DNA of 64,000 nucleotides, taken from the NCBI GenBank assembly GCA_963741955.1, contig CAVUKB010000007.1:1120001-1184000 (forward strand), given 5' to 3'. This DNA comes from an uncultured Acidobacteriota bacterium. Lineage in GTDB: Bacteria; Acidobacteriota; Thermoanaerobaculia; Gp7-AA8. The position numbers and the translations under genes are program-made. Below the pieces are notes generated by a model. That model did no database searches and was not told the DNA's origin. It was given only the letters and a program-made list of their open reading frames with translations. Shown here piece after piece: positions 9,704-19,651 of this stretch (the first letter of the stretch is position 1; every line of letters begins with the position of its first letter).

Positions 9704-11767
9704 ATGACCGAAACCGATGCAGACGGGCTCACGAACGGCGAGTCCGGAAAATCCCAGGATCCCTCGAAGAGGATCGGCGCCATTCTGCTCGCCGAACTGC
9801 CGGGATACGATCAGATGCTCGCGGTCGATCCTGTCGCCGCGCCAATGCTGGCCAACCTGATGCAGCAGATGATCGGGGAGATCGTCTATCTCTTCGACGG
9901 CCACGTGATCGACCCATTCGGACCGAGACTCCTCGCCGAGCTCCCGACCGCCGCCGCGGCGGTGAAGGCGGCGATGAAAGTCCGCAGCGATCTGTTGGAT
10001 CACAATCTGAAACATCTCGCGGACGGAAATGTGATCGAGCCGCGGCTGGTCGTCCATTACGGAGAAGTGCTGCAGTCGGGGCTGAACCTGAAAGGACGAG
10101 CCGTGGCGACGGCACTGCTGGCGCTGGAGCAGGCATCTCCGCTTCAGCTGCTGGTCTCCGAGGGCGCGCTCAGCGAGGCCGGGACCACCGCGGAGCTCCA
10201 GCCGGTCGGAACATTCGACGGAGTGGTTTTCCGCGAAAAGTGGAGGCCTGACCCCTCGGATCGTCCGAAGCCCGAGCCCGAGGAAGCAGTGGACGAAAGG
10301 GTGGAACTGGTCGAGGCCCCGATTCGCAGGACGGGTACGGTCATCGGAATCGCGTCGGTTGCGCTCGTGGTGATCGCTCTGGTGGTCGGATTTCTCGTCC
10401 AACAGAGGATGCAGCACCGGCGCGAGCTGGCGGCCGCAGAGGCAGCGGCAGCACGCGCGCGCGCGGAAGGTACACAGCAACGCGCCGCTCTCCCTCTCGT
10501 ATTCGTGCAGCCGGCGACGGTTCCGGATGGAGAAAACTTCGCCTCGCGCGAGCTCGCGCTGTCTCGGGCCGCCCTCCAGCGCATCCTGATCACGGACTCG
10601 CAGCTGAAGCTCGGAACCGTCGCGGATGGAGCCTCCCTGGTGGTCGGCAGCGAAGTACGGTTGGCTGCAGACGGAAAGCCGGAAGTGGTTCCGTTCGTCG
10701 TGACGAACGGCGCGCGCCACGAGGGAACGCCGGTGGCCTCCGCGAAGAGCGACCAGATCCTGGCGGCCATGCTTTCGACGATCTCGAAGTACTCCACGCT
10801 CGCAGCGGGCGTACCGGCCGCCGATGAAGGTGTTCTGAGCAGATATCTCACGTTGGTCGCCGCGCTTCAGTCGGACGACCCGCACGGAGCCGCCGCTGCG
10901 ACGGCCGCGAAGAGCGCAACGAAGGACGAATCGTTTCTTCCCTCGCAACTCGCTGCATTCGATTTCTTCGCCGAGGAGGGGAAAGTCGATGACGCGCTGG
11001 ACGCGGGACGGAACGCGCTCCGGATCCAGCCCGAGAACCGCGGAATGATCCGGCGGGTTGCCGCTCTCGCGGCGGAGTCGGGGCACGACGTCGAATCGCT
11101 GCAACGATGGGAACAGCTCCTGCGCCTCGATCCCCACGATCCGGAGGCGCTCCGGGCAGCCGGTCTCTACGCCCTCTCCGCAGGGGACTCGGTGGCTTTC
11201 GAGAAGATCCGGTCGAGGTTGAAGGTCGGAACGGAGCGCGAGCCGTTTCACGAACCCGACATGCAGGTCGTCTTCGGACGGATCGACCAGGCCGCGAATC
11301 CTTATTTCGACGCCGAGGTCGGGCAACCGAAAAATGCTGCTCTCGCCCTCAAGATCGGGAGAGTCGCGGTGCTCCGACGCTCGACGCCGATCGCCGAGCT
11401 GGAACTGAAAAAGCTGCAGACGCTCGATCCCGACTACGGCTACCACATCCTGAATGCGTTCATGGCGGCGGAGAGAGGAAACGCCGCCGTGGCCGACGCA
11501 GAGCTCGAGGCCGCACGGCCGAATGCGAAGTGGGGCGACGCGTTCTACACCGCGAGTGCGGAGGTTTACACCCTTCTGAACCGGCCGGAGAAGACCATCG
11601 AAACGCTCGAGACGGCGGTCCGTTCGGGCGAGCCGACGTATACCTACATCATCAATCACCCGTTGTTCAGATTTCTGAAGACGGAACAACGCTTTCAAAA
11701 GCTGATCTCGGAGTTGCGCGAACGAGCCGCAGCACTGCAGTCCGCGCTCGCGCCGCTCAGGTCGTGA
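9704..11767 (+). CDS. Membrane protein: degenerate class III nucleotide cyclase-like domain + TM + TPR repeats
   Basis: N-terminus follows the cyclase pattern (KRIGAILLAELPGY; RLVVHYGEV; QLLVSE); TM IGIASVALVVIALVVGFLV; TPR-like C-terminus; TATAAT upstream. Confidence 0.75.
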   Translation: MTETDADGLTNGESGKSQDPSKRIGAILLAELPGYDQMLAVDPVAAPMLANLMQQMIGEIVYLFDGHVIDPFGPRLLAELPTAAAAVKAAMKVRSDLLDHNLKHLADGNVIEPRLVVHYGEVLQSGLNLKGRAVATALLALEQASPLQLLVSEGALSEAGTTAELQPVGTFDGVVFREKWRPDPSDRPKPEPEEAVDERVELVEAPIRRTGTVIGIASVALVVIALVVGFLVQQRMQHRRELAAAEAAAARARAEGTQQRAALPLVFVQPATVPDGENFASRELALSRAALQRILITDSQLKLGTVADGASLVVGSEVRLAADGKPEVVPFVVTNGARHEGTPVASAKSDQILAAMLSTISKYSTLAAGVPAADEGVLSRYLTLVAALQSDDPHGAAAATAAKSATKDESFLPSQLAAFDFFAEEGKVDDALDAGRNALRIQPENRGMIRRVAALAAESGHDVESLQRWEQLLRLDPHDPEALRAAGLYALSAGDSVAFEKIRSRLKVGTEREPFHEPDMQVVFGRIDQAANPYFDAEVGQPKNAALALKIGRVAVLRRSTPIAELELKKLQTLDPDYGYHILNAFMAAERGNAAVADAELEAARPNAKWGDAFYTASAEVYTLLNRPEKTIETLETAVRSGEPTYTYIINHPLFRFLKTEQRFQKLISELRERAAALQSALAPLRS

Positions 11768-11773
11768 GGAAGG

Positions 11774-12178
11774 ATGATCGTCACTGCACGTCTCACATTC
11801 TCCGCCGCGCATCGGCTCCACAACGATTCGTTCGACGCGGAGTGGAACCGACGGATTTACGACAAGTGTGACAATCCGGCCGGGCATGGGCACAATTACG
11901 CGATCGAAGTGAGTGTCGAAGGCTCGATCGACCCGGAAACGGGAATGGTGATCGACCTGAAGAAGCTGAAGTCGATCGTCCGCCGGGTGGTGATCGATCG
12001 GGTGGACCACAAGAACCTGAACGAAGACGTCGAGTTTCTCCGTGGTGTGATCCCGACCGCCGAGAATCTGGCGAAGGCCTTCTGGGAAGAGCTGGCTCCG
12101 GCGATCGACCAGGGATCTCTCGCCCAGATCGTCCTTCAGGAAACGGAGAACAACTCGGTCGTCTATCGCGGCGACTGA
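11774..12178 (+). CDS. queD: 6-carboxytetrahydropterin / 6-pyruvoyl-tetrahydropterin synthase
   Basis: FSAAHRL, CDNPAGHGHNY, GMVID, DHKNLN, PTAENLA. Confidence 0.9.
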   Translation: MIVTARLTFSAAHRLHNDSFDAEWNRRIYDKCDNPAGHGHNYAIEVSVEGSIDPETGMVIDLKKLKSIVRRVVIDRVDHKNLNEDVEFLRGVIPTAENLAKAFWEELAPAIDQGSLAQIVLQETENNSVVYRGD

Positions 12179-12188
12179 TCGGAGCCGG

Positions 12189-12629
12189 TCAGCTCTCGTA
12201 CTCGGGTTTGTAGGTGACCAGTTCCCGCAGGAAGCTGACGGTGGCTCCCCGCTGCTGGTTCTCGACCTGAAGGAGATCGCGGAGCGAGACGATGCCGACC
12301 AGAGCTCCCCGGTCCACCACCGGAAGATGCCGGCACCCGAGCCCCATCATCCGTTCCAGACATTCGTCCACCGTTTCGAGAGGAGAGGCGACCGCGATCT
12401 CGCGGGTCATGACGGCTGAAATCTCGAGAGTATCGAGATCGAGATTCCGGGCGACCGCACGAGTCATCAGATCCCGCTCCGTGAAAATGCCGACCAGCTT
12501 CCCGTCGTCGATCACCGGTACGGCGCCGATCCGCTGTGCGGCCATCCGCTTCGCCACGTTGCGGACCTTTTCTCTCGGTCCCACGAAAATCAGTGGTTTC
12601 CCGTCGACGATGTCCTGAATCTTCTTCAT
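12189..12629 (-). CDS. CBS-domain pair protein
   Basis: GAVPVIDDGKLVGIFTERDL and RHLPVVDRGALVGIVSLRDL. Confidence 0.92.
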   Translation of the reverse strand: MKKIQDIVDGKPLIFVGPREKVRNVAKRMAAQRIGAVPVIDDGKLVGIFTERDLMTRAVARNLDLDTLEISAVMTREIAVASPLETVDECLERMMGLGCRHLPVVDRGALVGIVSLRDLLQVENQQRGATVSFLRELVTYKPEYES

Positions 12630-12667
12630 GGTGGAGCTCCGGGTATGTGAATTGGTGCAGCCGCGCC

Positions 12668-13189
12668 TCAATCGTACTCGATCAGCGAGTGGATGGAGAC
12701 ATCGGAAAGCCGGTCGCGCCCATGAAGGAACGAGAGCTCGATCACGAACGCGACGGCCGTCACTTCGGACCCGAAGCTCCGGATCAGGGACGTCGCTGCC
12801 GCGGCAGTGCCTCCGGTGGCCAGAACGTCGTCGACGAGGAGCACGTGATCGCCCGCGACCAGTGCATCTTCGTGCATCTCCAGAACGTCGCTTCCGTACT
12901 CGAGCTCGTACTCGTGGCGGACCGTCTGGTACGGCAGTTTCCCCGGTTTCCGGATCGGTACGAATCCGCACTGGAGCGCGCGTGCGAGCGGAGCCCCGAA
13001 GATGAAGCCGCGCGATTCGATGGCCACGACTTTGGTGACGCCCTTCCTCAGATAAGGGGCGGCGAGGCGGTCGAGCGTTTCGCGAAACGCCTCGGCGGAG
13101 GAGAGCAACGGAGTGATGTCCTTGAATCCGATTCCCGGTTTCGGGAAATCCGGGATGTCACGGATGTAGTCTCTGAGCTCGAGTGCCAT
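12668..13189 (-). CDS. apt: Adenine phosphoribosyltransferase
   Basis: IPDFPKPGIGFKDITPLL, ESRGFIFG, RKPGKLP, LEYG, VDDVLATGGT. Confidence 0.97.
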   Translation of the reverse strand: MALELRDYIRDIPDFPKPGIGFKDITPLLSSAEAFRETLDRLAAPYLRKGVTKVVAIESRGFIFGAPLARALQCGFVPIRKPGKLPYQTVRHEYELEYGSDVLEMHEDALVAGDHVLLVDDVLATGGTAAAATSLIRSFGSEVTAVAFVIELSFLHGRDRLSDVSIHSLIEYD

Positions 13190-13194
13190 GGCAT

Positions 13195-13470
13195 TCAGAA
13201 CCGGACGTCGAAATCCCGAAGCTTTCCGGTGAAATCCTTCCGTTCCTGTTCGATGCTGCTGACTTCGGCGAACCGCGGTCCTTCGCGAAGCTCGTCCACG
13301 AGCTCGTCGATCTTCTCCGGTTCTCCTTCGACCTGGCACTCCACGCTTCCGTCGCGGAGGTTCTGAATCCAGCCGGTGAGACCAAGCTTCCGCGCGACAC
13401 GCGTCGCGTAAAAGCGGAAGCCGACTCCTTGAACCTTTCCCTGAATGCGGAGAATACGCAATTCCTTCAT
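13195..13470 (-). CDS. acyP: Acylphosphatase
   Basis: GKVQGVGFR, GWIQNLRDGSVE. Confidence 0.95.
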   Translation of the reverse strand: MKELRILRIQGKVQGVGFRFYATRVARKLGLTGWIQNLRDGSVECQVEGEPEKIDELVDELREGPRFAEVSSIEQERKDFTGKLRDFDVRF

Positions 13471-13549
13471 CTTCACACCCCGGCACACCACTGCTGCCGT
13501 TCCGCGCCAATCATACCTGCGGCGGACGGCGGAGGCCACCGGCATCGAG

Positions 13550-14026
13550 TCATCGATGCCGCCGGCTGGTCGTGCTCTTCTTTTTCGTCGACGGCTTCGG
13601 AGCGGGCTTCTGCAGCGCGTCGATCGCTTTCTGCATCGTTTCGAGCGTCTGCATCTCCTCCTTCCGGCTCTGCTCCAGCGTCTGGAGGCGTTTCGCGATC
13701 TCGGTCTGATTCTTCGCCAGCTGATCCAGGAGATGCTGCTGCCGGAGCAACTGCTGCGGGATCGTCTCCGGGCTTTCCAGCTCCATTCCGAACAGCGCGT
13801 AGATCGCTGCACTCGCAGCATCGGTACGCGGGTGCTCCTTGACGATCCGGAGGAGAATCCGTCGCGCATCGAGGCGCTTTCCTTTGTTCAGGTCGGCCCG
13901 CGCCTCACGCAGCAGGGCGTCGGCCTTGATGTCGTTCGGAGCGGTCAGCACGAGATAGGTCGCACCGGCGCCCGCTGCGACCGCCACGAGAAAGCCGATG
14001 ATCAGGAGAATTCGACGCAGTTTCAT
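13550..14026 (-). CDS. Membrane-anchored TPR-like/coiled-coil hypothetical protein
   Basis: N-terminal TM, LRIVKEHPRTDAA TPR-like segment, basic tail; ATGA overlap with pcm. Confidence 0.7.
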   Translation of the reverse strand: MKLRRILLIIGFLVAVAAGAGATYLVLTAPNDIKADALLREARADLNKGKRLDARRILLRIVKEHPRTDAASAAIYALFGMELESPETIPQQLLRQQHLLDQLAKNQTEIAKRLQTLEQSRKEEMQTLETMQKAIDALQKPAPKPSTKKKSTTSRRHR

Positions 14027-14706
14027 TTCTCTTTCCAGCCGAATCGCCCCAGAAGAGGAACGAACTCGGCTGGCCCGCAATCCTCGATCTGCAACCTGGT
14101 GGCCACTTTCGAGACGCGGGCGAGTCGCTGCTTTCCGGCCGGGCCGACCGGGAGGACGAGCTTTCCGCCGCGGGCGAGCTGCTGGACGAGAGGTTCGGGG
14201 ACTTCCGGCGCGGCGGCGGCGACGATGATTCGATCGAACGGCGCCTGATCCGACCATCCGTATGAACCGTCGAAGACCTTCACACTGATGTTGTGGATCC
14301 TCAGCTTTCGGATGATCGCCACCGCCTGAAGGGCCAGATCGTTGATTCTTTCGATCGAGTAGACGCGGGCGCAGACCTTCGAGAGGACCACTGCCTGGTA
14401 CCCCGTCCCGGTCCCCACTTCCAGGACCTTCTCCGTTCCGTCCAGATCGAGCAGCTCGATCATCCGGGCGACGATCCAGGGTTGAGAAATGGTCTGGTCG
14501 TGACCGATGGGGAGAGCCGAAGGGCCGTACGCCTTCGCCGCGACGAGGGGAGGAACGAAAACGTGTCGCGGAACCTCCCGCATCGCCTGGAGGATGCGGG
14601 GGTCGACGATACCGCGGCCGGCGACATGGCGCTCGACCATCAGCTCGCGCAGGTGTGCGAGCTCGGAAGATTCGAATGCTGGGGCGTCAGTCTCGGGTCG
14701 GGACAT
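14023..14706 (-). CDS. pcm: Protein-L-isoaspartate O-methyltransferase
   Basis: VPRHVFV, QTISQP, VLEVGTGTGYQA, APFDRIIVAAAA, FVPL; surE-pcm synteny. Confidence 0.96.
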   Translation of the reverse strand: MSRPETDAPAFESSELAHLRELMVERHVAGRGIVDPRILQAMREVPRHVFVPPLVAAKAYGPSALPIGHDQTISQPWIVARMIELLDLDGTEKVLEVGTGTGYQAVVLSKVCARVYSIERINDLALQAVAIIRKLRIHNISVKVFDGSYGWSDQAPFDRIIVAAAAPEVPEPLVQQLARGGKLVLPVGPAGKQRLARVSKVATRLQIEDCGPAEFVPLLGRFGWKEK

Positions 14707-15454
14707 GGGCCAGTGAGCTCTCCAGGAAACGTAGTCTTTCGACGGACGGATGGTGAGTGAGGTCGAGATGGAGCGGGGTGATCGAGACGTAGCCTTCGTC
14801 GACGGCGCCGAAGTCCGTCCCTTCGCCAGCGCTCCAGACCGGTGGCTCCCCCCCGATCCAGTAGTATTTCTTCCCTCGCGGATCGAGCCTTTCGATCACT
14901 CCTTCGGCGTACGTTCTCTTCCCCAGATGAGTGATTCTCACCCCCTTGAAGTCGCTGACCGGAAAATTCACGTTCAGGACGATGCGGGGATCGAGTGGCG
15001 ATCCGAGAAGCGTCGATGCCAACCGCGCCGCGAATTCCGCGCAGCGCTCGAACGAAAAGTTCTCCCCGACCAGCGCGGAGAAGGCAATCGACGGGATCTC
15101 GAGGAGAGAACCTTCGAACGCTGCGGAGATCGTCCCGGAGTAGGTCACGTCATCTCCGAGGTTCGGTCCGAAGTTGATTCCGGAGACGACCAGATCGGGA
15201 CGATGATCCCGGAGGAGGTGGAGCACGGCGAGATTGACGCAGTCCGTGGGTGTGCCGTCGACGATCCACTCCCGCTCCTGGATCTGGAGAAGACGGAGCG
15301 GCCGGTTGAGAGTGAGCGCGTGGGAAGCGGCGCTCTGTTCCCGGTCCGGAGCGACGATCAGGACCTCTCCGACCGCTGCCAGTGAAGATGCGAGCTGGCG
15401 CAGCCCCTGGCTGTAGATCCCGTCGTCGTTCGTCACCAGGATTCGTGGTGACAT
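14687..15454 (-). CDS. surE: 5'/3'-nucleotidase SurE
   Basis: ILVTNDDG, GTPTDCV, SGINFGPNLG, YSGT, SITPL. Confidence 0.97.
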   Translation of the reverse strand: MSPRILVTNDDGIYSQGLRQLASSLAAVGEVLIVAPDREQSAASHALTLNRPLRLLQIQEREWIVDGTPTDCVNLAVLHLLRDHRPDLVVSGINFGPNLGDDVTYSGTISAAFEGSLLEIPSIAFSALVGENFSFERCAEFAARLASTLLGSPLDPRIVLNVNFPVSDFKGVRITHLGKRTYAEGVIERLDPRGKKYYWIGGEPPVWSAGEGTDFGAVDEGYVSITPLHLDLTHHPSVERLRFLESSLAHVPTRD

Positions 15455-15600
15455 GCGTGCTGCCTCCCTTCCTCGTAGCCCGGAATTCTCCGGGCTGGCC
15501 CGGCCATCCTCCGCATGATTCCAGATCGGCGGTGATCTGCCAAGGAGAGAGACGAGACGAACGGACGAGAGGGCCGCTGCGCCGGACACGGCTGGCGCGA

Positions 15601-15741
15601 TCAGCGAACGGTCGACTGTGCGGGAGGAGCGGTTCGAGGCTGCATCCTCTGGAGTTTCGTCTGAAGGTTCATCATCAGAAAGAAGAACAGCAGGACGATC
15701 AGCACGGCGAGGAGACGGAAGATCCAGATGGTGCGGTTCAT
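15601..15741 (-). CDS. 46-aa single-TM small protein
   Basis: MNRTIWIFRLLAVLIVLLFFFLMMNLQ...; ATGA overlap with the pdxA stop. Confidence 0.6.
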   Translation of the reverse strand: MNRTIWIFRLLAVLIVLLFFFLMMNLQTKLQRMQPRTAPPAQSTVR

Positions 15742-16721
15742 CGTGCGAACCATTCCGCGTGATTCGCGGTCCATTCGATGGCGTACCGCATCGGTGCGGG
15801 GTCGGCAACCCCTCTGCCGGCGATGTCGAACGCCGTGCCGTGATCGACCGAGGCTCGAAGGTAGGGGAGGCCGAACGTGACGTTGACCGAGCGCGCGAAG
15901 TCGAGTGTCTTGATCGGGATCAATCCCTGATCGTGATACATCGCCATGACCACATCGTACCTTCCCTCGCGCGCGGAGAGGAAGACCGTATCGGGCGCGA
16001 ATGGTCCCGCCACGTCGATCCCCTCTTCCCGCGCGGACGAGAGTCCCCGCGCGATCTCTTCTTCTTCGCGACCGAACCGTCCTCCCTCGCCGGCGTGAGG
16101 ATTGAGTCCGGCTACGGCGATGCGAGGCACGCGTCCGTGAAGGCGGCGCCATTCCCGTGAGGTCAGCTTTGCGAGCGCATCGACGCGGTGCGCGGTCACG
16201 AGCTGGATTGCTTCGGACAGCGCCAGGTGCACCGAGACGAGAACCACGCTCAGGGAGGGCGACTCGAAGTACATCGCGAACTCCTCTCCGTACAGATGCA
16301 GACCGGAGCGGGAAGCGAGGAGCTCGGTGTGTCCGGGGAATGGCGAACCTGCTGCGGCGATCGCCTGTTTGTGGATCGGCGCAGTCACCAGAGCGCTGCA
16401 TTCGCCGGCGAGCACCGCATCGACCGCAGCGTTGATGGAGCGGAGAGCGACGCTCCCCGCCGCGGCGTCGATCCGCCCGAACGACAGCTCTCCCGGAGTG
16501 CCGTCGCCGACGTCAGTGAATCGCGCGCGGTCCGGTGAGGCCGACCCGCGATTCTCGAATCGCTCGAACGGAAGAGCGAGCTTCTCGGCGGTCCTGCGCG
16601 TCAGCGAATAGTCGCCGAAAAGCCGGAGCGGAAGCCCGGCCGGGAGCGACGCGGCCGCGGAGAGGACCACCTCCGGGCCGATGCCGAATGGATCTCCCAG
16701 CGAGACGGCGACCGGCTTCAT
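15738..16721 (-). CDS. pdxA: 4-hydroxythreonine-4-phosphate dehydrogenase
   Basis: GDPFGIGPE, TAPIHK, GHTE, GLNPHAGE, MYHDQG, SVDHGTAFDIAG. Confidence 0.96.
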   Translation of the reverse strand: MKPVAVSLGDPFGIGPEVVLSAAASLPAGLPLRLFGDYSLTRRTAEKLALPFERFENRGSASPDRARFTDVGDGTPGELSFGRIDAAAGSVALRSINAAVDAVLAGECSALVTAPIHKQAIAAAGSPFPGHTELLASRSGLHLYGEEFAMYFESPSLSVVLVSVHLALSEAIQLVTAHRVDALAKLTSREWRRLHGRVPRIAVAGLNPHAGEGGRFGREEEEIARGLSSAREEGIDVAGPFAPDTVFLSAREGRYDVVMAMYHDQGLIPIKTLDFARSVNVTFGLPYLRASVDHGTAFDIAGRGVADPAPMRYAIEWTANHAEWFAR

Positions 16722-17019
16722 GCGGAGAATTAAACCACGAGCCGGCCGGGCGTGGGGGACGTCTCGGCGGGATCGATGGTACACGCGTCATGGAAGCGCG
16801 GATTCGTAATCCGCCGCGCGGATCACGGCGCATGCGCGACCGCAGCCTCACCCGATCCGCGGCAGAAGCGAAGGCGTGCCGCCAGAATCATGGACGCTTC
16901 GCGCAAGCCCACAACGTCCGTCTTCATCGCGTAAAACACGATTCTCGCGGCGGACTGCGAGTCCGCACTCCTCGGCGGGATCGCCCGCGAGGCGAATTCG
17001 CACTTCTCGGCGCAGGCTC

Positions 17020-17352
17020 CTACTCCCCGTCCTTGTACATGTATTTCACGTAGCGCTTCTGGATCAGCAGGTTCGGGGCGCCGTTGCGGTTCACTTTCAG
17101 CGAGTCGCGGTCGTACCACTCGATCCAGCCGCGAATCTCTTCTCCGTCATCCATCACGATGACCATCCGCGTCCGCGCATTCATCTGCTTCAGATAGTAG
17201 AAGCTCTCTGCGAAAGTCTGCTCGGGAGGTGGCTGCTTACTGCTGCGGGTTCGCTTCTGGGGTCCCGTGCGGGCCGACAGCCGTGTGCGGTCGAACCGAC
17301 GATCGAGCGACGGACGTCCCGGTGTGCGCGTATCGCGCTCGGTCGATGACAT
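17020..17352 (-). CDS. Divergent Hfq/Sm-like RNA chaperone with a basic N-terminal extension
   Basis: [29 protein letters not shown]...[10 protein letters not shown] follows the Sm1/Sm2 pattern; GGAGG SD. Confidence 0.75.
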   Translation of the reverse strand: MSSTERDTRTPGRPSLDRRFDRTRLSARTGPQKRTRSSKQPPPEQTFAESFYYLKQMNARTRMVIVMDDGEEIRGWIEWYDRDSLKVNRNGAPNLLIQKRYVKYMYKDGE

Positions 17353-17530
17353 TCCGCTTCCTCCTTCGAGATCGGACGGACATGCCGCCCGCTCCGGCAG
17401 TCCGCGTCGCTCTCGAGCACGCCGCTGTCGTGCGGCGGTCGCCCCTCGACTGCGAATCGGACTGCAAAGTTTGCCATGACGTTTGCGAAGGTCGTGCCGC
17501 AGACAACCCGAAAGGCTTTTTCGTCGTTCC

Positions 17531-17559
17531 TTGCGACCGGGGGGCGTTTTCCCTAGAAT
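17531..17559 (+). promoter_or_regulatory. Sigma70 promoter for etfBA
   Basis: TTGCGA (17531-17536), 17 nt spacer, TAGAAT (17554-17559). Confidence 0.65.
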
Positions 17560-17602
17560 TCCGCAGTCTCTCGTCATCTCATCTCTCTTTCGGAGGCTCA
17601 CC

Positions 17603-18382
17603 TTGAATTCCGTCGTATGCATCACCCAGGTTCCGGACACCGAATCGCGGATCAAGATCGGCGCGGATGGCCGGAAAATCGACGAAACAGGCCTGAAGTT
17701 CATCGTCTCGCCTTACGACGAGTTCGCTCTCGAAGAGGCGATTCGCCTGAAGGAGTCGAAAGGGGGCGACGTCACGGTCATCGCCTTCGGACCGGACCGC
17801 GTTCAGCAGGCTCTTCGCGAGTGCCTGGCCCGCGGCGCGACGAAAGCGATTCACGTCAAAGGCGAGGTCGGCGAGGCCGACTCGCTCGGAATCGCAAAAG
17901 CGCTCGCAGCCGCGATTCGCACCATCCCGTTCGACGCGGTCTTCGTCGGCAAACAGGGAGTCGGCACGGACAACTCTCTGGTCGGCGGAATGCTCGCCGA
18001 GCTGCTCGAGATCCCGCAAATCACCGTCGTCACACACATCGAATGGAGTGACGCGAAACTGACGGCGCACCGGGAGATCGAGGGTGCGGAACACATCATC
18101 GAATCGTCGCTTCCGGCCGTGATCACCGCGCAGAAGGGGCTCAACGAGCCGCGTTATGCGTCCTTGAAGGGGATCATGGCGGCCAAGAAGATTCCGATCG
18201 ACACGAAGACGCTCGCCGATCTCGGCCTGGACGATTCGGACGTTCTCGGCAGCAGGGTTCGATTCATGAAACTGGAGCTTCCTCCCGAGAAGGCGGCCGG
18301 TCGCAAGATCGACGGCGCGGATCCGGAGGCGGCAGCGAAGGAGATCGTCCGCTTCATTCGTGAGGACGCGAAGGTCTTCTGA
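17603..18382 (+). CDS. etfB: Electron transfer flavoprotein beta subunit
   Basis: TTG start after GGAGG; [41 protein letters not shown]. Confidence 0.95.
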   Translation: MNSVVCITQVPDTESRIKIGADGRKIDETGLKFIVSPYDEFALEEAIRLKESKGGDVTVIAFGPDRVQQALRECLARGATKAIHVKGEVGEADSLGIAKALAAAIRTIPFDAVFVGKQGVGTDNSLVGGMLAELLEIPQITVVTHIEWSDAKLTAHREIEGAEHIIESSLPAVITAQKGLNEPRYASLKGIMAAKKIPIDTKTLADLGLDDSDVLGSRVRFMKLELPPEKAAGRKIDGADPEAAAKEIVRFIREDAKVF

Positions 18383-18418
18383 GATCTCGATCGCACGGAC
18401 GATTCGAGTCGGAGAGTC

Positions 18419-19402
18419 ATGAAAATGGGCAATGTACTGGTCATTTGCGAAATCAAAGACGGGCGGTTGAAGAAAGTGAGCCGCGAAGTTCTCTCCATCG
18501 GCCGGAAGCTCGCGGCCGATGCCGGTGGAGAGCTTCAGGCTTTCGTTGCCGGCGACGACGCGAAACAGGTGGCGGAAGAGGCCGGCAGGTATGGCGCGAA
18601 GAAACTCTTCGTCGCGAGCGGCCCCGCTTACGAGCCGTATTCGACGGAGATGTGGACCGCCGCTCTGAATGCGGCGATCGACTCCACCTCACCGTCGATC
18701 GTCCTGTTCGGGGCCGATGCGGACGGGAAGGATCTCGCTCCCCGCATCGCGGCACGCCGCAATGTGGGCGTGGCATCGGAAGTGACGTCGCTGGAATGGG
18801 CCGGCGGGAAGCTCGTCGCTCAACGGCCGATCTACTCGGGGAAAGTCATCGGAACGGTCGAGGTCGAAGGTGATCCCGCAATGGCGACGTGCCGTCCGAA
18901 TGCGTTCCCTGCCGAGGAGAGCGGCGGCGGCGCGGCCGAAGTGGTCGAGCTCGCAGCACCCGCGGTCGAACCTCGGGCGCGCGTCGTCGAGGTGAGGGCG
19001 CCCGAAGCAGGAGAGCTGTCGATCGCCGAGGCCGACATCATCGTTTCCGGCGGGCGTGGTTTGAAGGAAGCGGACAACTTCTCCTACATCCGTGATCTCG
19101 CGCACGCACTCGGTGGCGCGGTCGGCGCTTCACGGGCAACCGTGGATGCGGGGTGGATCGATCACCAGCATCAGGTCGGACAGACGGGACGCGTGGTCAG
19201 CCCCAACCTTTATCTGGCCATCGGTATCTCCGGAGCGATTCAGCATCTCGCCGGAATGACGTCGTCGAAGCACATCATCGCGATCAACAAGGACGCCGAA
19301 GCGCCGATCTTCCGGGTGGCGGATCTGGGAGTGGTCGGCGATCTGTTCGAGATCGTTCCGAAGCTGACCGAAGAAGTGAAGAAGGCAAAGGCACAGGGGT
19401 AG
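18419..19402 (+). CDS. etfA: Electron transfer flavoprotein alpha subunit
   Basis: VSGGRG, GASRATVDAGW, QVGQTG, GISGAIQHLAGM, AINKD; start may be 18425. Confidence 0.96.
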   Translation: MKMGNVLVICEIKDGRLKKVSREVLSIGRKLAADAGGELQAFVAGDDAKQVAEEAGRYGAKKLFVASGPAYEPYSTEMWTAALNAAIDSTSPSIVLFGADADGKDLAPRIAARRNVGVASEVTSLEWAGGKLVAQRPIYSGKVIGTVEVEGDPAMATCRPNAFPAEESGGGAAEVVELAAPAVEPRARVVEVRAPEAGELSIAEADIIVSGGRGLKEADNFSYIRDLAHALGGAVGASRATVDAGWIDHQHQVGQTGRVVSPNLYLAIGISGAIQHLAGMTSSKHIIAINKDAEAPIFRVADLGVVGDLFEIVPKLTEEVKKAKAQG

Positions 19403-19651
19403 GCCCGGGGCGGATACGATTTGCGCGATTTAGCGCGAATTTCGCGATTCTGCAACGGGGCCGGATGTGCCGATTTCGAAACCCGACGCCGGATGGCTTC
19501 GGCCAGACTGCACGTCGGTTCTCGAATCACGCAAATCGCGCAGCTCGATTCAGCCGTAGCGGACCGAGCGCGCTGATTTCGCGACCGCCGCCCTCGCGCT
19601 CCACTCCAGACTCGTCGTCGACTCTCGAATCGCGCAATTCGCGCCAATGGA

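Noticed and set aside
8801-12010. 1069-aa minus-strand ORF and many other long overlapping ORFs (e.g. 27201-29402, 33973-35586, 48181-49833, 62414-63829)
   Set aside because: They are antisense shadows of well-supported genes in high-GC DNA and carry no recognisable motifs
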